Below, in pieces: positions 60,959-64,000 of a DNA stretch of 64,000 bases; position 1 is the first letter of the stretch, and each line of letters opens with the position of its first letter. A model generated the notes under the pieces. The model saw only the letters and a program-made list of their open reading frames with translations. It did not search any database and was not told the DNA's origin. A program made the translations under genes and the position numbers. This stretch comes from Felis catus. Lineage: Eukaryota. Where the stretch lies: positions 239,074,001 to 239,138,000 of the forward strand of contig NC_058368.1 in assembly GCF_018350175.1 (NCBI RefSeq), given 5' to 3'.

Positions 60959-63900
60959 TAATCAATGAAGCCAATAGCTGTGTCTTTGAAAAAAAATCAA
61001 TAAAATGAATAAGCTTCTAGCCCAACTGACTAAGAAAAAAATGGAAGTCACAAATTACCAATGAAAATAGAAAGGATATATAGCTACGGAACCTCTCATA
61101 GACTCTAAAAGGACAACATGGGGAAACCTTGAACAGTTCTGTACCCACAAATTCAATGAAGTAGAGGAAACAGGCCAATTCCTTGAAAGATGCAAACTAC
61201 TAAAATTCACACTAGAATAGATAACTGAGTAGTCCTCTGTTGGTTAAAAAAATTGAATTCATAATTTAAAATGTAACAAAGAAAACCAGACCAGTTATAT
61301 TCATTGGTGAAGTCTAACAAACATTTTTTAGGAGAAAATAACACCCATTCTATACAGTCTCTTCCAGAAAACAAGAGAGAAGGAAGCACTCTCAACTAAT
61401 TTAATGTAGCCTGCATCAGCATGACACCAAAAGTAAGGACATTACAAGAAAACTACAAAAATATTTCTCATGAACATAAAAACAAAAGCCCCCACAAAAT
61501 ATAACCAAATTTAATCCAGTAATGTATAAGTAAGATTTATTCAAACTAGCAAGTTTGGACCAACAGTTGAAAATAAATCAAGGTAATTCATAGTATTCAC
61601 AGACTGAAGAAAAAAAAGCCATGATCATATCTCAGTAGACGCAGACAAAGCACTTGACAAAACTTAATACCCATTTGTAATAAGAACTCCCAGAAAATAA
61701 GGAATAGAGAAAATTTTCTTAATCTGATATAAAGCACCTACCAAAAAAAAAAAAAAACCCCAAAACAAACAAAAAGCGGAAAATAACTCCAAGCTAATAA
61801 CATACTTAACCTTGAAAGACTATAGGGTTCCCCTGGAGACCAGGAACAAGACAGAGATGTCCCCCTCTTCCTCTATGTTGCTCAGGAAGCCTCAGAAGGG
61901 TAATACGGCAAGAAAAAAAAAGTGTATACACTGAAAAAGTAGATAAAAACGGTCTCTATTCTCAGACAACATGATAATCTATGTAAAATTCGCACAGAAA
62001 TCTACAAAAAAGGCTCCAAGAATTACTAATGAATTCAGTAAGTTCACAGATACAAAGTCAACCCAGAACAATAAATTGTATTTCTATACAGTAGTAGAAA
62101 GTGAAATGAAACTGCCGTTCTGTTTACAATAACGACAATATGAAATACTTGGTATAAATCTATCAATATACACAGGATCTCCCTGCCACAAACTACAACT
62201 ATGGATGAGAGCAGGAAAAGAGCTAATACATGGAGAGAGATGGTGTGCTCGTGCATTAGGGGTCAGTACTTGTAGGTCTCAGTTCTCCTAGGCTGACCTA
62301 CTGATGTAACACAACCCAACCCAAATTCCAGCAGGAAGTTTTGTAGATAGCGACAAGCGAATTCTAAAATATATTCGGGAAGACAGAGAACCTAGAATAG
62401 CCAAAACAATTTTGAAAAGGAACAAAGATTGGAAGAGTCATACTCTCCGATTTCAAGACTTGCTGTAAAGCTGCAGACACTGAAACCGGCTGGTGCTTGT
62501 TCTCAATGGCAGAACACAGTCCAGAAACAGACTCACAAACATAGGGCCACAAGCTTTTTTTACAAGGTGTAAAGGCAATTCAGTGGAGAAGGGGCACATA
62601 ATCCTGAGACACCAGGATCTTAACGTGCAGAACGAGGCTATCTCGGCCCATACCCTCGCCTGTAGCAAAGTCAGCTAAAAATGAACCATAAACCTGAATG
62701 TAAAACACAAAACGATAAAACTTTGGAGCAAGCATAAAATAAAAATCTTTGCAACCCAGGTGAGGTAAAGAGTTCTCAAATGTGACACGAATCATGACCT
62801 ATTTAAAAACTGATAAACTGGGCTTTGTCCAGATTAAGTACTTTCATTCTCTGCAAGACTCTGAAGAGAATGGAGAGAAGCCAGACTAGAGGCAGATGCT
62901 TACAAACCACACACAGAACAAAGATCATGTGTCCAGAACACATAAAGAGCTCCAAAGTCAAAAGCGAGGTAGGAAACAACCTGTTTTCACGGGCAAACGT
63001 TTGAGCAGGCTGCTCGCAAGGGGCTCCTTCGATGAACAACCGCGACCTGACAAGAGGCTCTGTGTCATTGGTCATGAAGGAAGCGCAATCCGAAACCGTG
63101 ATGAGATTCTCTTAAAACAGCTTTGAGGAGGGGGAACACAGGACAACAGCAAGCGCACGGACATGGGCACCCCTGTTCTCTGCCACTGGGGACACCGCAC
63201 AGCCACCTGGAGAAACAGCACGCCAGGTCCCCACGACACCAAAAACACTCTTGTCGCACAACCCAGCAACCACACACGCGGGTATCACCCAAAGAGAACC
63301 AGAGCCGATGCACGCGGCTGCTTGTAGCTTTATCCACATACACAAACCCTGGAAACTCAAACGTCCTTTAGTGGTCGGGTGGACAAGCACACCGAGAGGC
63401 CCTCGCACCACAGAAGGACAAAACCAACTGTGCTCCGGCAGCCGCGCGTCTGGGTCTGGTGCGTGTTGCTGGCACCCAAGCTCCCCGCTGTAGGAGCCCA
63501 CCTATAGGCACCCTGAGAACAGCGGTCGGAGAAGGCCGCAGGGGCCGGAGAACGTGGCTCTGGTGGCCGGGCCCCACACACGGGCAGCACCAGGGGAATT
63601 CGGGCATGATGGTATTGCTGTCTTCTTCACAATGGTGGCCACACCACACTGCCAATAAGAACACGTTTTGGCATGCGTGAACTTAAAAATAAGTGTGAGA
63701 AAATGTACCCACGGCACACCAGAACTCTAGTCAGGGTCAGGTGGCCCGTAGCCCGGCCCCTCCTAGGCCCGAGTCCACAGTTCCTGCTAGCCAGCTGCCC
63801 TGTCCATACCAAACACTACAGACCACCTTAAAAGTGGGAATAGAAGCCCACGACGCTGCTAACTGTGATCTAATGTGTGTGTTTCCAGAACCTACCTGTC

Positions 63901-64000
63901 CCATGCCTAGAGCCTGTGCCAAGGTGCTCACCTGGCGGCCCCTCTGGCCATCCACCCTGGCTTCTTGAGGCAGGCAGGGGCCCAAGAGCACTAACCACGG

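Larger units (their letters stand above)
60020..63700 (+). mobile_element. Old L1M ORF2 and 3' end, fragmented
   Basis: Peptide ILNVYAPLNRTPKHIEQKLIELKGE; motifs aattccttgaaagatgcaaactac and ctagaatagccaaaacaattttgaaaagg. The 3' part is GC-shifted. Confidence 0.85.

Overview
Mammalian (felid) genomic DNA, assigned from felid-type tRNA-derived CAN-SINEs and a felid-type L1 3' end. The window is GC-rich and holds two tandem minus-strand genes in the order known from human 5p15.33. The first is the 5' part of EXOC3 (Sec6): CpG-island promoter near 12.0 kb, non-coding exon 1 and coding exons 2-4, continuing past the left edge. The second is the 3' part of AHRR (aryl hydrocarbon receptor repressor): seven coding exons from PAS-A to the stop codon plus a ~2.8 kb 3' UTR; its bHLH exons lie beyond the right edge. 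All exons were checked by hand for GT-AG ends and continuous phase. Introns contain L1, ~15 CAN-SINEs, MLT1 LTRs, MIR, L2, MER58 and several tandem repeats, including a 2.9 kb 34-bp minisatellite with higher-order structure. I found no convincing new biological system. The best leads are an out-of-frame uORF abutting the EXOC3 start, a TATA/XRE-bearing CpG-rich element in an AHRR intron, a strongly GC-shifted CpG-rich old L1 remnant, a short in-frame deletion in AHRR PAS-A and the motif-rich minisatellites. Comparisons with human sequences and repeat consensus sequences are from memory, and repeat subfamily names are approximate.
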